Source: an uncultured bacterium (GTDB taxonomy: Bacteria; Auribacterota; Erginobacteria; Erginobacterales; Erginobacteraceae). Taken from it: 64,000 nucleotides of DNA. Under the pieces are notes generated by a model. It was not told where the DNA came from and ran no database searches. It worked only from the letters and a program-made list of their open reading frames with translations. Shown in pieces: positions 9,185 to 19,379 of the stretch; position 1 is the stretch's first letter; the number at the start of each line of letters is the position of its first letter. The position numbers and the translations under genes are program-made. The DNA lies in contig CAWGIE010000039.1 in the NCBI GenBank assembly GCA_963822585.1, positions 1 to 64,000 on the forward strand. Direction: 5' to 3'.

Positions 9185-10903
9185 TCATTTCTCACCATAC
9201 AGGGGAACTACCTTGAACCGTTCGGCGTCCACCAGCCCCTTATCGGTTATCTTCAAGGCGGGGATGGGAGGCAACGCCAGAAAAGAGAGGGTCATGAACG
9301 GGTCCTTCAGAGTGCAGCCCAGGGCGTGGGCGGCCTGATTCAGCCGGCTGATCGAGCGGCGGACCTCCGCCAGCGGGCGGGGCGAGATAATGCCGGCAAC
9401 GGGGAGGGGGAGCGCCGCTTTGACATGATCATGATCCACCACCACCTGCCCTCCGCCAAGACGGGCCACCTCGATAACTGCCGTCATCATGTCCCGATCA
9501 TTGGTTCCGACCACAATAATATTATGGGAGTCATGAGCGACCGAGGAGGCGAGAGCGCCCGAGCGGAGACCAAAGCCACGTACAAATCCCAGACCCACGT
9601 TCCCGGAAGCCGTGTGCCGTTCGATCACGGCGATCTTCAGGATGTCCCGCTTCACATCAGCCGCCGCGAATCCATCCGTCGTTTTCAATGAGAGCATCAA
9701 CTTTTTCGTGAAAATCTGGTTCGGGACGATACCGATCACTTTCGCCTTGCCTTTTTCGGCCTTGATGGAGAAATCACCCAGTTTCGCCCAGTCGATATTG
9801 ATGGAACCGCGAAGCGGCGGAAGTTCCGGCTCCCATCCCTTCAGAATCATTCTCCCCTCTCGGGCCACCAGGCATCCATCCTTGTATACCCGTTCTATTC
9901 TGAGATTCTTAAAGTTATCGAAGAATACCATATCGGCGCGGTAACCGGGCGCGATCGCTCCCAGCCGCGGGAGCCCGAAGTAACGGGCCGGGTTGAGCGT
10001 GGCCATCCGGACGGCGTCCACCGGGTCGATCCCCTCTTCCACGGCCGTTCGGATCAGAAAATCGATATGCCCTTCAGCCAGCAGATCCTCGGGATGACGG
10101 TCGTCAGTGGCCAGAAGGCAACGGCGACAGGATCCGGGCGTGCAGAGAGGAAGCAGCGTCTTCAGGTTCTTGGCCGCGGTTCCTTCCCGGAGCATGATGT
10201 ACATCCCCCGGGCCAGTTTCTCCCTCGCCTCCGGAAGCGAGGAGCACTCATGATCTGACCCGATGCCCGCCGCGATGTAGGCGTTAAGATTCCTACCCGA
10301 TAGACCGGGGGCGTGGCCGTCGACCGGGCGGCCGGCGGACGCTTTCAGCTTGGCCATTACCTCGGGGTCCCGGAAGAGGACTCCCGGGTAGTTCATCATC
10401 TCCGCCAGACCCAGTACTTGTTCTTCACCCCAGAGAAACGAGAGGTCGCGGCTGGTCAATTCCGCTCCCGAAGTCTCGAGACCGGAGGCCGGCACGCAGG
10501 ATGAAAGCATGACAAAGACGTTGAGCGGGCAACCCCGGCTGGCGTTGATCATGTACCGGATTCCGTTGATGCCGAAGACATTGGCGATCTCGTGGGGATC
10601 GATGATAACGGTGGTCGTGCCGTGGGGGACAACCGCCCGGGCGTACTCCGGGACCGTCACCATGCTGCTCTCGACGTGAACATGGGAGTCCATGAAGCCG
10701 GGCGCGCAATGGGCGCCACGACAGTCAACGGTCTTTTTCGCCCGGTAGTCGCCGATCCCGATGATGATATCTCCGGCGACGGCGACCGACGTTTTCTCCA
10801 CCTTCCCCGAGAATACGTTTACCAGCCGGCAGTTCTTGAGCAGAAGATCAACCTTCCCCTCCCCCCGGGCCAGGGCAATTCTTTTTTCCAGTTCCATGGT
10901 CAA
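9185..10903 (-). CDS. ade: Adenine deaminase
   Basis: DSHVHVESSM, DPHEIANV, LAEMMNYPG, DGHAPG, DHE, TDDRHP and SVAHDSHN motifs. Confidence 0.95.
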   Translation of the reverse strand: MTMELEKRIALARGEGKVDLLLKNCRLVNVFSGKVEKTSVAVAGDIIIGIGDYRAKKTVDCRGAHCAPGFMDSHVHVESSMVTVPEYARAVVPHGTTTVIIDPHEIANVFGINGIRYMINASRGCPLNVFVMLSSCVPASGLETSGAELTSRDLSFLWGEEQVLGLAEMMNYPGVLFRDPEVMAKLKASAGRPVDGHAPGLSGRNLNAYIAAGIGSDHECSSLPEAREKLARGMYIMLREGTAAKNLKTLLPLCTPGSCRRCLLATDDRHPEDLLAEGHIDFLIRTAVEEGIDPVDAVRMATLNPARYFGLPRLGAIAPGYRADMVFFDNFKNLRIERVYKDGCLVAREGRMILKGWEPELPPLRGSINIDWAKLGDFSIKAEKGKAKVIGIVPNQIFTKKLMLSLKTTDGFAAADVKRDILKIAVIERHTASGNVGLGFVRGFGLRSGALASSVAHDSHNIIVVGTNDRDMMTAVIEVARLGGGQVVVDHDHVKAALPLPVAGIISPRPLAEVRRSISRLNQAAHALGCTLKDPFMTLSFLALPPIPALKITDKGLVDAERFKVVPLYGEK

Positions 10904-11078
10904 TTTCCTTCAAATGCTACTCAGGATATAACCGCCCCTTCCTGAACAAGATTAATTAAAACCACGAAGAACACGAAGAACACGAAGTAAGCTATCGGAA
11001 TAACTACCCATGGTCATCTCCCGCGGATTCTTCGTGAACTTCGTGTCCTTCGTGGTTACATAAAAGTACCACTACCAA

Positions 11079-11858
11079 TTAAAAGCAGATGCCGCCCCGG
11101 GCGCCGTAATAGTTGCTGGCATTATCCGGTTCCAGGATACCGTTGTTGACATCCGATTTGTTGATATTCCAGTATTCGCCGAAAACTTCCAGCTTGAGGG
11201 CCAGCTGCTCGCTGACATCCAGGCGCACGTAAGGGATGAAGCGGAAGCCATAGCCATCCTGGTTTTTCAGCTCGGTGCCTCCACTTTTGTTCTCGCCGTA
11301 GAACATCCAGTCGAACTCGCTCTTCAAACCGATCGTCCATTTGCCGTCATACCCCAGGGGGAGCGAGATATCGAGGCCCAGGGGGAGATAGAGATAGACC
11401 TGTTCCCGAAGATATCCGTTGACGACACCCGCTATCGTGAGGTCATTGAGATCGTTCCTGAGATACCGATACCCGAGACCGCTGTAAGGCATAATACAAA
11501 GGCCGTCTTCTCCGATCATAAAGCCGGCAATCCCGCGGCCGTTGACAATATAATTGGAGGTATCGCCGGTGAGCTCATGATAATTCCGGCCCGATCCGTA
11601 TCCCCCGTCGTATTTGACGTCGCCGCCGACGTAGGAACCGTAAAATTGAAAGTACCAGGGCCGGACGGCCAGGATGGCGATCGATCCATAGATACCCCCC
11701 TGAACACCGTCCTCCCGCATGATATGCGATTCCCGGTAGTGAAAGTCCCCGATCTCAATTCCGGCTTCCATGTCGATATTCTCGATCACGCCGGCGAGGG
11801 CGAACGAACCGATCGCCAGGCCGCACAAAATAATCGCTGCTGTTCCCATCCTTTTCAT
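11079..11858 (-). CDS. Outer-membrane beta-barrel protein
   Basis: Signal peptide, amphipathic Tyr/Gly-rich strands, C-terminal Phe. Confidence 0.7.
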   Translation of the reverse strand: MKRMGTAAIILCGLAIGSFALAGVIENIDMEAGIEIGDFHYRESHIMREDGVQGGIYGSIAILAVRPWYFQFYGSYVGGDVKYDGGYGSGRNYHELTGDTSNYIVNGRGIAGFMIGEDGLCIMPYSGLGYRYLRNDLNDLTIAGVVNGYLREQVYLYLPLGLDISLPLGYDGKWTIGLKSEFDWMFYGENKSGGTELKNQDGYGFRFIPYVRLDVSEQLALKLEVFGEYWNINKSDVNNGILEPDNASNYYGARGGICF

Positions 11859-11934
11859 CCGAATTCTCCTTGTGTGATTGTTACTGTTTGAGGATCCTAT
11901 ATTATCTGTTTTTTTCTGTCATCACCTCCTTTTG

Positions 11935-11992
11935 CAAGTCAGCGCTTCACGCTGACTTGAAGTGGAAAGTGTAAAGTTGAAAGTGTAAAGGG
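11935..11992. repeat. Hairpin CAAGT(C/T)AGCG-loop-CGCT(G/A)ACTTG + AAAGTGT heptamer run
   Basis: Near-identical copy at 27168-27225 with a compensatory stem change. Confidence 0.8.
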
Positions 11993-12136
11993 GCTGCAAT
12001 ACTTTACACTATTTCATTGAAATTTAAAACAGCACGTTAGCTTTGGAACTTGACTGGTAGTGGTCGAGCTTGCTCGACTTTTTTCGCCCCGCCCCGAAGC
12101 ATTAATCGGGGAAGAAAAAATAAGAGCGGCGGTCTT

Positions 12137-13432
12137 TTACCTTGTCTCGGCCGGCGGGGGCGCTTTCTGCTGGAGCCGCATCTTTTCCACTGCCGGACCG
12201 CGGATTTCCAGGCGGACCACCCGACGATCGGTCACCTGAGTAATCCTGAAGAGGTGCCCATGATAACTCCTCTCCTCCCCGGCCACAGGGATCTTGCCCA
12301 GCTGGTCAATTAAAAACCCGGCGATCGTTTCCTCTTCCCTGTCTTCGGGAAGGTCGAGAGGGAGGAGATCGTTCACCTCGTCCAGCCTCATCCGACCCGA
12401 GACCTCGAGCGCGTCTTCCTTCATTCTGAACCGGGAGACATCTTCCAGATCATACTCATCATGGATATCTCCCACGATCTCCTCGATGATATTCTCCAGG
12501 GTGGCGATACCGGCCACCCCGCCGTATTCATCAACCACGATCGCCATGTTGACATCGTTGCTGCGAAGTTCCTCCAGCAGTTCTTCCAGAGGCTTACTCT
12601 CCGGGACAATATACGGCTCCCGGATGAGAGTCTCGATGCTCTGATCTCCCGGAGCCGTTACCAGATCCGTCACCTGGATGGTCCCGATAATTCTGTCAAC
12701 GCGATCCCGGTAAATGGGGATCCGGGTGTGACCGCTCTCGCTGATAATCCGCAAGATATTGCTCACCGTCGCGTCTTCGGGCGCGAGCGTGACATCGATC
12801 AGGGGGACCATGATCTCGGAAACCTCATTTTCTCCGAACTCGAATACCCGGGCAATCATCTTCTCCTCATCCGCCGTCAACGTTCCCTGCCTCTTCCCTT
12901 CCTCCATCAGAAGACGTATATCGTCGACCGAGGTGAAGAGCTTATTCCTTTCCGGCGTCACCCCGAGCAACATCAGGAGATGAGAGGAGAGCCAGGAGAC
13001 TATCTTTACCAACGGATAGAGAATGTAGTAGGCAAGCCGGAGAGGATAGCTCAAGAGGAGGCTCATGCTGGTCGCCCGGGGCCGGCTTATATTTTTAGGG
13101 GTGATTTCGGAAAAGACCAGAATCAACGGCAACATAACAATGGTTGCCATAAACGGGCCCCGATCGTCGAAACCAAGGTCAACTGAAAAAAGATTTGATG
13201 CCACCGTGGCCCCGAGGACCAGGAAAAGGTTGATCCCGACCATGGTGGTAGAGAGAAATTTTTCCGGGTTTTCGAGCAGCAGATCGACGACCCGGGCCCG
13301 CTTGCTTCCGGAGTCGGCAAGATGACGAATGCGCAGCCGGTTGGCCGAAACCAGGGACATCTCCGAAGCACAGAAAAACGCGTGGATGATCAGACAGCAA
13401 AAAATAATCAGAATACTGAGACCGATTGTCAT
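12137..13432 (-). CDS. Hemolysin/CNNM family protein (DUF21 + 2 CBS + CorC_HlyC)
   Basis: FCASEMSLVS, FSEITPK, HTRIPIY and VVDEYGG..G..TLE.I.EEIVG motifs. Confidence 0.92.
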   Translation of the reverse strand: MTIGLSILIIFCCLIIHAFFCASEMSLVSANRLRIRHLADSGSKRARVVDLLLENPEKFLSTTMVGINLFLVLGATVASNLFSVDLGFDDRGPFMATIVMLPLILVFSEITPKNISRPRATSMSLLLSYPLRLAYYILYPLVKIVSWLSSHLLMLLGVTPERNKLFTSVDDIRLLMEEGKRQGTLTADEEKMIARVFEFGENEVSEIMVPLIDVTLAPEDATVSNILRIISESGHTRIPIYRDRVDRIIGTIQVTDLVTAPGDQSIETLIREPYIVPESKPLEELLEELRSNDVNMAIVVDEYGGVAGIATLENIIEEIVGDIHDEYDLEDVSRFRMKEDALEVSGRMRLDEVNDLLPLDLPEDREEETIAGFLIDQLGKIPVAGEERSYHGHLFRITQVTDRRVVRLEIRGPAVEKMRLQQKAPPPAETR

Positions 13433-13469
13433 ATTAATTATACCTTGCTCGTAAAGGAATTCGAGCAGG

Positions 13470-13622
13470 AAATCCTAAATCCTAATATCGAAATCCTAAA
13501 TAAATCCAAAATCAAAATGATCAAATGTTTCAAATATCGCCGGTTTTCGCCCCATTGTTTTTGATTTTTTAGTTTGGGTCATTTGATATTGTTTAGGATT
13601 TAGTATTTAGATATTAGGATTT
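13470..13622. repeat. Inverted pair of degenerate heptamer runs (AAATCCT/AAATCCG family)
   Basis: GAAATCCTAAATCCTAATATCGAAATCCTAAA ... TTTAGGATTTAGTATTTAGATATTAGGATTT; related pairs at ~19168-19372 and ~43975-44101. Confidence 0.75.
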
Positions 13623-13650
13623 GAGTGCTTATGAGCTTTCCGAGTAAACT

Positions 13651-14967
13651 CTAATTAGAGCCTTCGGCGCTACTTAATCGCGCGGATTCATCCTTCTTCA
13701 GGCGGGCGCCGATCCGGGGCCCCCGCATCTCCACCTGGTCGAGCCGGCGTTTTTTCAGACTTTTCACGGTAAACCTGATTCCCCCCTCCTGATAGAATTC
13801 TCCCGGCTGGGGGATATGCCCGAGGCGTTCACAAATGAACCCTCCCAGGGTCACGCTTTTCTCCCCGGCCAGGTCGAGACCGAACTCATCATTCACGTAA
13901 TCAAGCTCCATCCGACCTCGAAGCTGGACGGTATTTTCATCGATTACCGTATATTCCGGCGGCGGTGCTCCCCGTTCCTGGATCTCGCCCACGATCTCCT
14001 CAATCAAATCGTCGAGAGTAATCAGCCCGGAGAGCCCTCCATATTCATCCACCACCAGCGCTATATGAATCTTCCTTTCCAGAAACTCCTTCAGAAGGCG
14101 GGACGCCTTCATGGTCTCGGGGATGAAATAGGGCTTACGGAGAATGTCTCCCAGCACCAGATTTTCAACCCCCCGAGCGCGGGCAATAACCAGGTCCTTC
14201 GGATAGAGAATACCGCTGACATTCTCCACCTTGCCGGAATAGATCGGGATGCGCGAATACTCTTTCTCATTGATCACGCGGGCGATCTCATCCAGGGGGG
14301 TATCGACTTCGAAGGAGGCAATCTCATTCCGGGGAGTCATCAGCTGACGAACGCTCTTGTCTCCCAGTTTGAAAATCTCGCTGATCATCTCTTTCTCTTC
14401 CCCGTTGAGCGCCCCCTCTCGGGAACCCTGATCAAGGGCGGCTTCCAGTTCCTCCCTGGTCAGAGGAGACTCCCGGTGCGGGTTTTTCTTATCGAAGATC
14501 CCGATGAGTTGGTCGCTGAAAAACTGCACCACGATTCTGATGGGAGATACCGCTTTATACAACAGCGAGATAGCGGGAGCTACCGCCAGAGCTATCTTCT
14601 CGGCCCGGTTGATAGCCAGGACTTTGGGACCCACCTCGCCGAAGATAAGAATGACAAACGTCATGACAACGGCGGAAAAAACCCAGGCCAGGGAATGGAG
14701 AGGACCGGAAGCGAAGATGGTGGAAGAAAGGCGGCCGGCCAGGGTAGCGGAAAGAATATTGACCAGCATGTTCCCGACCACGATCGAGATCAGCAAGCGC
14801 CGGGGCCGGCTGAGGAGGCGAGCAATGATGGGGCCGCGGTCTGGTTTCCGGTGCTTCAGTTTCTCGACCGTAAAGCGGGGAAGAGAGAAAAGTGCCGTCT
14901 CCGAACCGGAGAAGAAGGCGGAAAAACAAAGCAGGATCGCCAGGAATAATAAGAGTGTTACTGTCAT
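13651..14967 (-). CDS. Hemolysin/CNNM family protein, second paralog
   Basis: FFSGSETALFSL, FGEVGPK, MTPR, YSRIPIY and VVDEYGG motifs. Confidence 0.92.
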   Translation of the reverse strand: MTVTLLLFLAILLCFSAFFSGSETALFSLPRFTVEKLKHRKPDRGPIIARLLSRPRRLLISIVVGNMLVNILSATLAGRLSSTIFASGPLHSLAWVFSAVVMTFVILIFGEVGPKVLAINRAEKIALAVAPAISLLYKAVSPIRIVVQFFSDQLIGIFDKKNPHRESPLTREELEAALDQGSREGALNGEEKEMISEIFKLGDKSVRQLMTPRNEIASFEVDTPLDEIARVINEKEYSRIPIYSGKVENVSGILYPKDLVIARARGVENLVLGDILRKPYFIPETMKASRLLKEFLERKIHIALVVDEYGGLSGLITLDDLIEEIVGEIQERGAPPPEYTVIDENTVQLRGRMELDYVNDEFGLDLAGEKSVTLGGFICERLGHIPQPGEFYQEGGIRFTVKSLKKRRLDQVEMRGPRIGARLKKDESARLSSAEGSN

Positions 14968-15253
14968 TTTGAGGATTGGAAATATACCATATGTCCTCTG
15001 CGAGGGAAAGAAATTTTTATTATCATGCCCATCCTATGTTATAACTGGCTTTTATAAATTTGCAAGCGTGCAAGCTACTTTACTGCTTCGGAATTTCAAA
15101 ACCATAGAAAAAATGGATAATAACCACGAAGAACACGAAGAACACGAAGAAAAATATGGAAAATGTAATAATTATTTCTATTTTTATAAAGTCCCTTCGT
15201 GAACTTCGTGTTCTTCGTGGTTAATAATCGCGCCGAAGGCGCTCATTTATATC

Positions 15254-16060
15254 ATGCGATCAGTAAAAAACTATTACCGGATCCTGAACGTGGGTCCTAC
15301 CGCTTCCACCACGATTATCCGCGCTTCCTTCCGGCGGCTGGCCAAGAAGTATCATCCCGATACCAGCACCCTCGATCCGGAAACCGCGGCCGTCAAGATG
15401 CGCGTTCTCCTGGAGGCATATCGGATCCTGATGGACACCGGGAAAAGGGCCGTTTATGATCTCCGATTTCGCAGACAGCGGCCTGAGGCCGGCCGGTCAT
15501 ACCGGGACTCCCTGGCGAAGAAGGGGAACGATCCTTATGCCCGCTCTCTTCTCATCTTCTACGATCTTTTGCACGGGGCCGTCAAAACGGCATTATCCAA
15601 TCATGAGAATTTACTGAAAACCCACGGCGATTCCCTGGACCTGCCGGGATTACTCGGATTCGCCGACTACCTTGACTTCACCTTCCTGCTGGCCGAGGCG
15701 TACCAGCAACAGGGCCGGTATAAAGAGGCGGCACTTTATTATGAGAACGCTTACCGGGAAGACATGAAATGGGATTATTTCCGTCACTTTCGCGCCGAAC
15801 TGAAACAGCGGATAAGAGATCTCTACTGCCGTAAACTGACCAGACAGGCCGAACCGGACAAGGCCATCGGTTACTACCGAAAACTACTGGAAGAATACAG
15901 TTTCCCGAAGAATGAGCAGGCTTTCTTTTATAAAAAGATCGCGGAATGTTACTCCCGGCTGGGCGAGATGCAGAGAGCCCGGGAAAATTTAAAGAGGGCA
16001 CTCCAACTCAAACCCACTCTGTCGGGAACCAAAAAAATCCGTCAGAAATTGTCTCTATGA
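15254..16060 (+). CDS. J-domain (DnaJ-like) protein with C-terminal TPR repeats
   Basis: NYYRIL...KKYHPD...EAYRIL...RAVYD; TPR-like helices. Confidence 0.85.
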   Translation: MRSVKNYYRILNVGPTASTTIIRASFRRLAKKYHPDTSTLDPETAAVKMRVLLEAYRILMDTGKRAVYDLRFRRQRPEAGRSYRDSLAKKGNDPYARSLLIFYDLLHGAVKTALSNHENLLKTHGDSLDLPGLLGFADYLDFTFLLAEAYQQQGRYKEAALYYENAYREDMKWDYFRHFRAELKQRIRDLYCRKLTRQAEPDKAIGYYRKLLEEYSFPKNEQAFFYKKIAECYSRLGEMQRARENLKRALQLKPTLSGTKKIRQKLSL

Positions 16061-16255
16061 ACACTCTTTTATCCTGAAGGAACAGCGCGGATTTTTTTAT
16101 CAACATTACCGTGACAAATAAGCCTTTGGTTTTAATTTTTTTGCCGGTGGATTTGATAAAATGAATTTCTTTTCGTGTTGCCGATTTTTCAATCCCGGTC
16201 ATTGTTCAAAACTATATTTTCCCGGAGGGAAAATATATCCTGGAGGGAAAATATA

Positions 16256-16552
16256 ATGGAAAAGCTGGTACGAGACAGAATCCCCGAGATCGTCACTGCC
16301 GACCGGGGGAGGGAAGCCCCGTTCCGGACCGCTTCCCGGGCTGAATACACTCATCTTCTCACAGAGAAGTTGAAAGAAGAGGTCGCGGAATTTCTGGAAA
16401 GCCGGGAACCAGCGGAACTGGCTGATATTATGGAGGTCGTCTACCACCTGGCCCGGGAAGCGGACTTGACCCCCGGAGATCTGGAAGAGATCCGTCGTAA
16501 AAAATCCGCAGACCGCGGCGGCTTTGGGGAACGGAAAGTGATGAACTTCTAA
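16256..16552 (+). CDS. MazG-like nucleoside triphosphate pyrophosphohydrolase
   Basis: KLVRDRIPEI, KLKEEVAEF, ELADIMEV and RGGF motifs; ATG 16256 follows GGAGG. Confidence 0.85.
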   Translation: MEKLVRDRIPEIVTADRGREAPFRTASRAEYTHLLTEKLKEEVAEFLESREPAELADIMEVVYHLAREADLTPGDLEEIRRKKSADRGGFGERKVMNF

Positions 16553-16593
16553 CCTGATTCATGCCTGCCGGCCGGCAGGCATGAATCAGGTTA
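16550..16593. repeat. Perfect palindrome between convergent genes (possible bidirectional terminator)
   Basis: TAACCTGATTCATGCCTGCCGGCCGGCAGGCATGAATCAGGTTA; overlaps the TAA stop at 16550-16552. Confidence 0.75.
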
Positions 16594-16600
16594 ATTCGGA

Positions 16601-16981
16601 TCATCGGTCCGCATTGACATCGTCGGCAATATCCTGGTCCCGCTGCTGCTCATTATACAGCTTCTGCACCTTTTCCTGGTCAGTATTTATCTGACTTTCG
16701 TCCTGCTGCTCGGTCTCATCAAAGACGTCTCCCGGCGCCCGGTAATAGTTGGGGTCGGAAGAGGTAACCCACTGTCCGTTATCGTTTTTGATCAGGTACA
16801 CCGTTATCATATTCCCGTCCGGCCCCCTGACCTCGGCGCTGAGTGGGGTGGCCTCCCGGTTAACGGATATCAGGGAGAATCCATTCGGGAGGGCGGACTT
16901 GAGCGTCTCGGCATCCTGGGCCATAGACAGGCAAGGATAAAACCCGGCCGCGAGTATTAACACAATCATCATTTTTTTCAC
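16601..16981 (-). CDS. Hypothetical secreted protein
   Basis: GTG start with AGGAGG RBS, signal peptide, acidic tail. Confidence 0.7.
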   Translation of the reverse strand: MKKMMIVLILAAGFYPCLSMAQDAETLKSALPNGFSLISVNREATPLSAEVRGPDGNMITVYLIKNDNGQWVTSSDPNYYRAPGDVFDETEQQDESQINTDQEKVQKLYNEQQRDQDIADDVNADR

Positions 16982-16994
16982 AACAGTACCTCCT

Positions 16995-17211
16995 TAAATT
17001 AGCGACCTTCGGTCGCTAATTTAGTGGATCCCCGACGCCAGCGTCGGGGATCTTTGATGAACTAAAATAGTATATTTAGTTTTCGCTTCTTCTAAAAAAA
17101 GTTTGTCGTTATGTATTGAACTGCTGGACTCGAACTAATTTTCGGTTCGCCATCTATTTTTATATTTTAAAAGAGAAAATTCACTAAATTAGCGGCGAAG
17201 CCGCTAATTTA
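16995..17211. repeat. Spacer bounded by inverted TAAATTAGCG-loop-CGCTAATTTAGTG hairpins
   Basis: Hairpins at 16995-17023 and 17185-17211; others at 18096-18118 and 31295-31321. 17107-17211 (-) is homologous to 31295-31402 (+). Confidence 0.8.
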
Positions 17212-18078
17212 AACATATTTTCCAATTATCAGCGCCAGACGCTGACGGGCCTGGGGCGGGATCACTTCGGGGGCGGTCATGATCGCATTCTTCAGCGCGT
17301 TGGCACAGGCCGGGTCCGGCTCCCGCGGAATCCTCTCCACCACCGTCCTGATGATGCGCCGGGCCAGAGAGACGTTTTTGAGCAGGGTCGCCACCACCGT
17401 CTCCACCGAGACATCCTCAATCCCCTCCTGGTGTCGCCAGCAGTCGTAGTCGGTGACCATGGCCATTGTCTGGTACGCTATCTCCGCCTCCCGGGCCAGC
17501 TTTGCTTCCGGCAAATTGGTCATGCCGATAATATCCATCCCCCACTGCCGATAGACATTCGACTCCGCCCGGGTGGAGAAAGCCGGTCCCTCCATGTTAA
17601 TGTAGGTGCCTCCCCGGTGAACCCGGGCGCCGGCTTCAACCGCGGCTTGATAGATAATCTCCCGGAGCACCTTCGACATCGGTTCGGCAAACGCGATGTG
17701 GGCGACCACCCCGTCCCCGAAAAAAGTGCTCTTCCGGGCCTGGTTGGTCCGATCGAAAAATTGATCGGGAAGGACGATATCCAGCGGCCTCAATTCCTCT
17801 TTCAGGCTCCCTACCGCGCTGACGGCGACAATCCATTCCACACCCAGTTTCTTAAAACCCCAGATATTGGCCCGGTAGTTCAGTTCGCTGGGGAAATAGC
17901 GGTGACCCCTTCCGTGACGGGAGAGAAAAGCGACCTTCCGGCCGCCAAGAGTTCCCAGTAAATACTCATCAGACGGTTCTCCAAAGGGGGTCTGTATATT
18001 CTCCCGGTGGCGGTCTTCCAGTTCGTCCATCTCATAGAGACCGCTGCCACCGATAATCCCGATCCTAACTTCCGCCAT
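17209..18078 (-). CDS. mtnP: S-methyl-5'-thioadenosine phosphorylase
   Basis: IGIIGGSG, RHGRGH, NYRANIW, EGPAFSTRAES, GMTNLPEAKLAREA and VTDYDCW motifs. Confidence 0.93.
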   Translation of the reverse strand: MAEVRIGIIGGSGLYEMDELEDRHRENIQTPFGEPSDEYLLGTLGGRKVAFLSRHGRGHRYFPSELNYRANIWGFKKLGVEWIVAVSAVGSLKEELRPLDIVLPDQFFDRTNQARKSTFFGDGVVAHIAFAEPMSKVLREIIYQAAVEAGARVHRGGTYINMEGPAFSTRAESNVYRQWGMDIIGMTNLPEAKLAREAEIAYQTMAMVTDYDCWRHQEGIEDVSVETVVATLLKNVSLARRIIRTVVERIPREPDPACANALKNAIMTAPEVIPPQARQRLALIIGKYV

Positions 18079-18211
18079 TACGTCTCTCCTTTATAAATTA
18101 GCGCCTTCGGCGCTAATTCAGTATCACTACACTAAAACTAAATTCCTGGAATAAATCAATACTTTTCGGATTATATATTATTTGGATTTTTCGTTACACT
18201 TGAACTCTTTA

Positions 18212-18661
18212 TTATTGCCCGGTATGGCCAAACCCTCCCGTGTTTCGGGAGGTTGAGTCGAGTTCAGCAACCTCTTCCCAGTCTCCCCGGATAACCTCCT
18301 GGAAGACCATCTGGGCTATTCGCATCCCCCGGCAGATGGCAACGATCTCCTTGCCCGAATTGATCATGATAACCCCCACTTCGCCCCGGTAATCGGCATC
18401 CACCGTTCCCGGAGAGTTGACAATGCTCAGCCCTTTCTTGAGAGCCAGTCCACTCCGGGGACGAAGCTGGGCCTCATAACCGGGGGGGAGAGCGATGTAG
18501 ATACCGGATGGAATAAATCTGATTTCACCGGGGTGAAGAAGCACCTCGTCCTCGATCGCCGCCAGCAGGTCCATACCGGCCGCGCCCGGACTCATGTACC
18601 GGGGCAAAGGAAAGTCCTCGAACCCCGGCTTCTTTTTGACCCTGATCCGTATTTCAGGCAT
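18212..18661 (-). CDS. dut: dUTP diphosphatase
   Basis: AAGMDL, RPRSGLA, NSPGTVDADYRGE, RIAQ and GGFGHTG motifs; start set at MPEIRI. Confidence 0.95.
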   Translation of the reverse strand: MPEIRIRVKKKPGFEDFPLPRYMSPGAAGMDLLAAIEDEVLLHPGEIRFIPSGIYIALPPGYEAQLRPRSGLALKKGLSIVNSPGTVDADYRGEVGVIMINSGKEIVAICRGMRIAQMVFQEVIRGDWEEVAELDSTSRNTGGFGHTGQ

Positions 18662-18752
18662 TTTGCAGTGTCGGGGAGATTCTTGTCTTCCTCCGCGCCC
18701 GGGCAATCAGGTGAGCGATCATATGCCGGCCTGCCGACAGGCGGGATCGCCC

Positions 18753-19094
18753 CTACCCGGGAGGCCAGCCGAAACTCCGCCCCCCCAGAAGGTGAACATG
18801 CAGATGATCAACCGCCTGTCCGGCATCAGGACCGGAGTTGATCACCAGTCTGTACCCGCTCCGCTCTATGGACTGTTCCCGGGCGATCCGGGCCGCCGCC
18901 AGATACAACCTGCCCAGCAGTTCCCGATCGCTTTCCGCCGCCGACGGCATCCCGGAGATATGCTTTCGGGGAATAATCAGGATATGAACCGGCGCCCGGG
19001 GAGCGAGATCCCGGAACGCCAGGACATCGTCGTCTTCATAGACAATATCGGCGGCGATCTTCTTGCTGATAATGTCACAAAAAATACAGCCCAT
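18753..19094 (-). CDS. hinT: Histidine triad nucleotide-binding protein (HinT/HIT)
   Basis: CIFC, GQAVDHLHVHLLGG and WPPG motifs. Confidence 0.92.
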   Translation of the reverse strand: MGCIFCDIISKKIAADIVYEDDDVLAFRDLAPRAPVHILIIPRKHISGMPSAAESDRELLGRLYLAAARIAREQSIERSGYRLVINSGPDAGQAVDHLHVHLLGGRSFGWPPG

Positions 19095-19379
19095 CTGCTT
19101 ACGTTATAAAATAATTATGAGTTACGTGAAATTGGTTATACCAATCAATGGAGTGGCAATATTTCTTAATGACGAAATCCTCAGCCTGAGGCTGATCCGC
19201 CTCCGGAGGAGAAACCCGAAATCCGAATGAAATCCGAATACCGAATGACTAAATTCCCACTCCCCCATTGGCCACGCCGCCTGGGATGCCAGAGCGAGTT
19301 TCGTCATCCGCCTTCGCGAGAGCGCCGAAGCCGCTGCGGCGGAGGCGCTTCTTCATTCGGGTTTCGTCATTATGATTAT

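Noticed and set aside
6954..15222. ACCACGAAG repeats with unique loops as a dispersed CRISPR
   Set aside because: Arms are inverted, sit in separate spacers kilobases apart, and do not form a direct repeat-spacer array.
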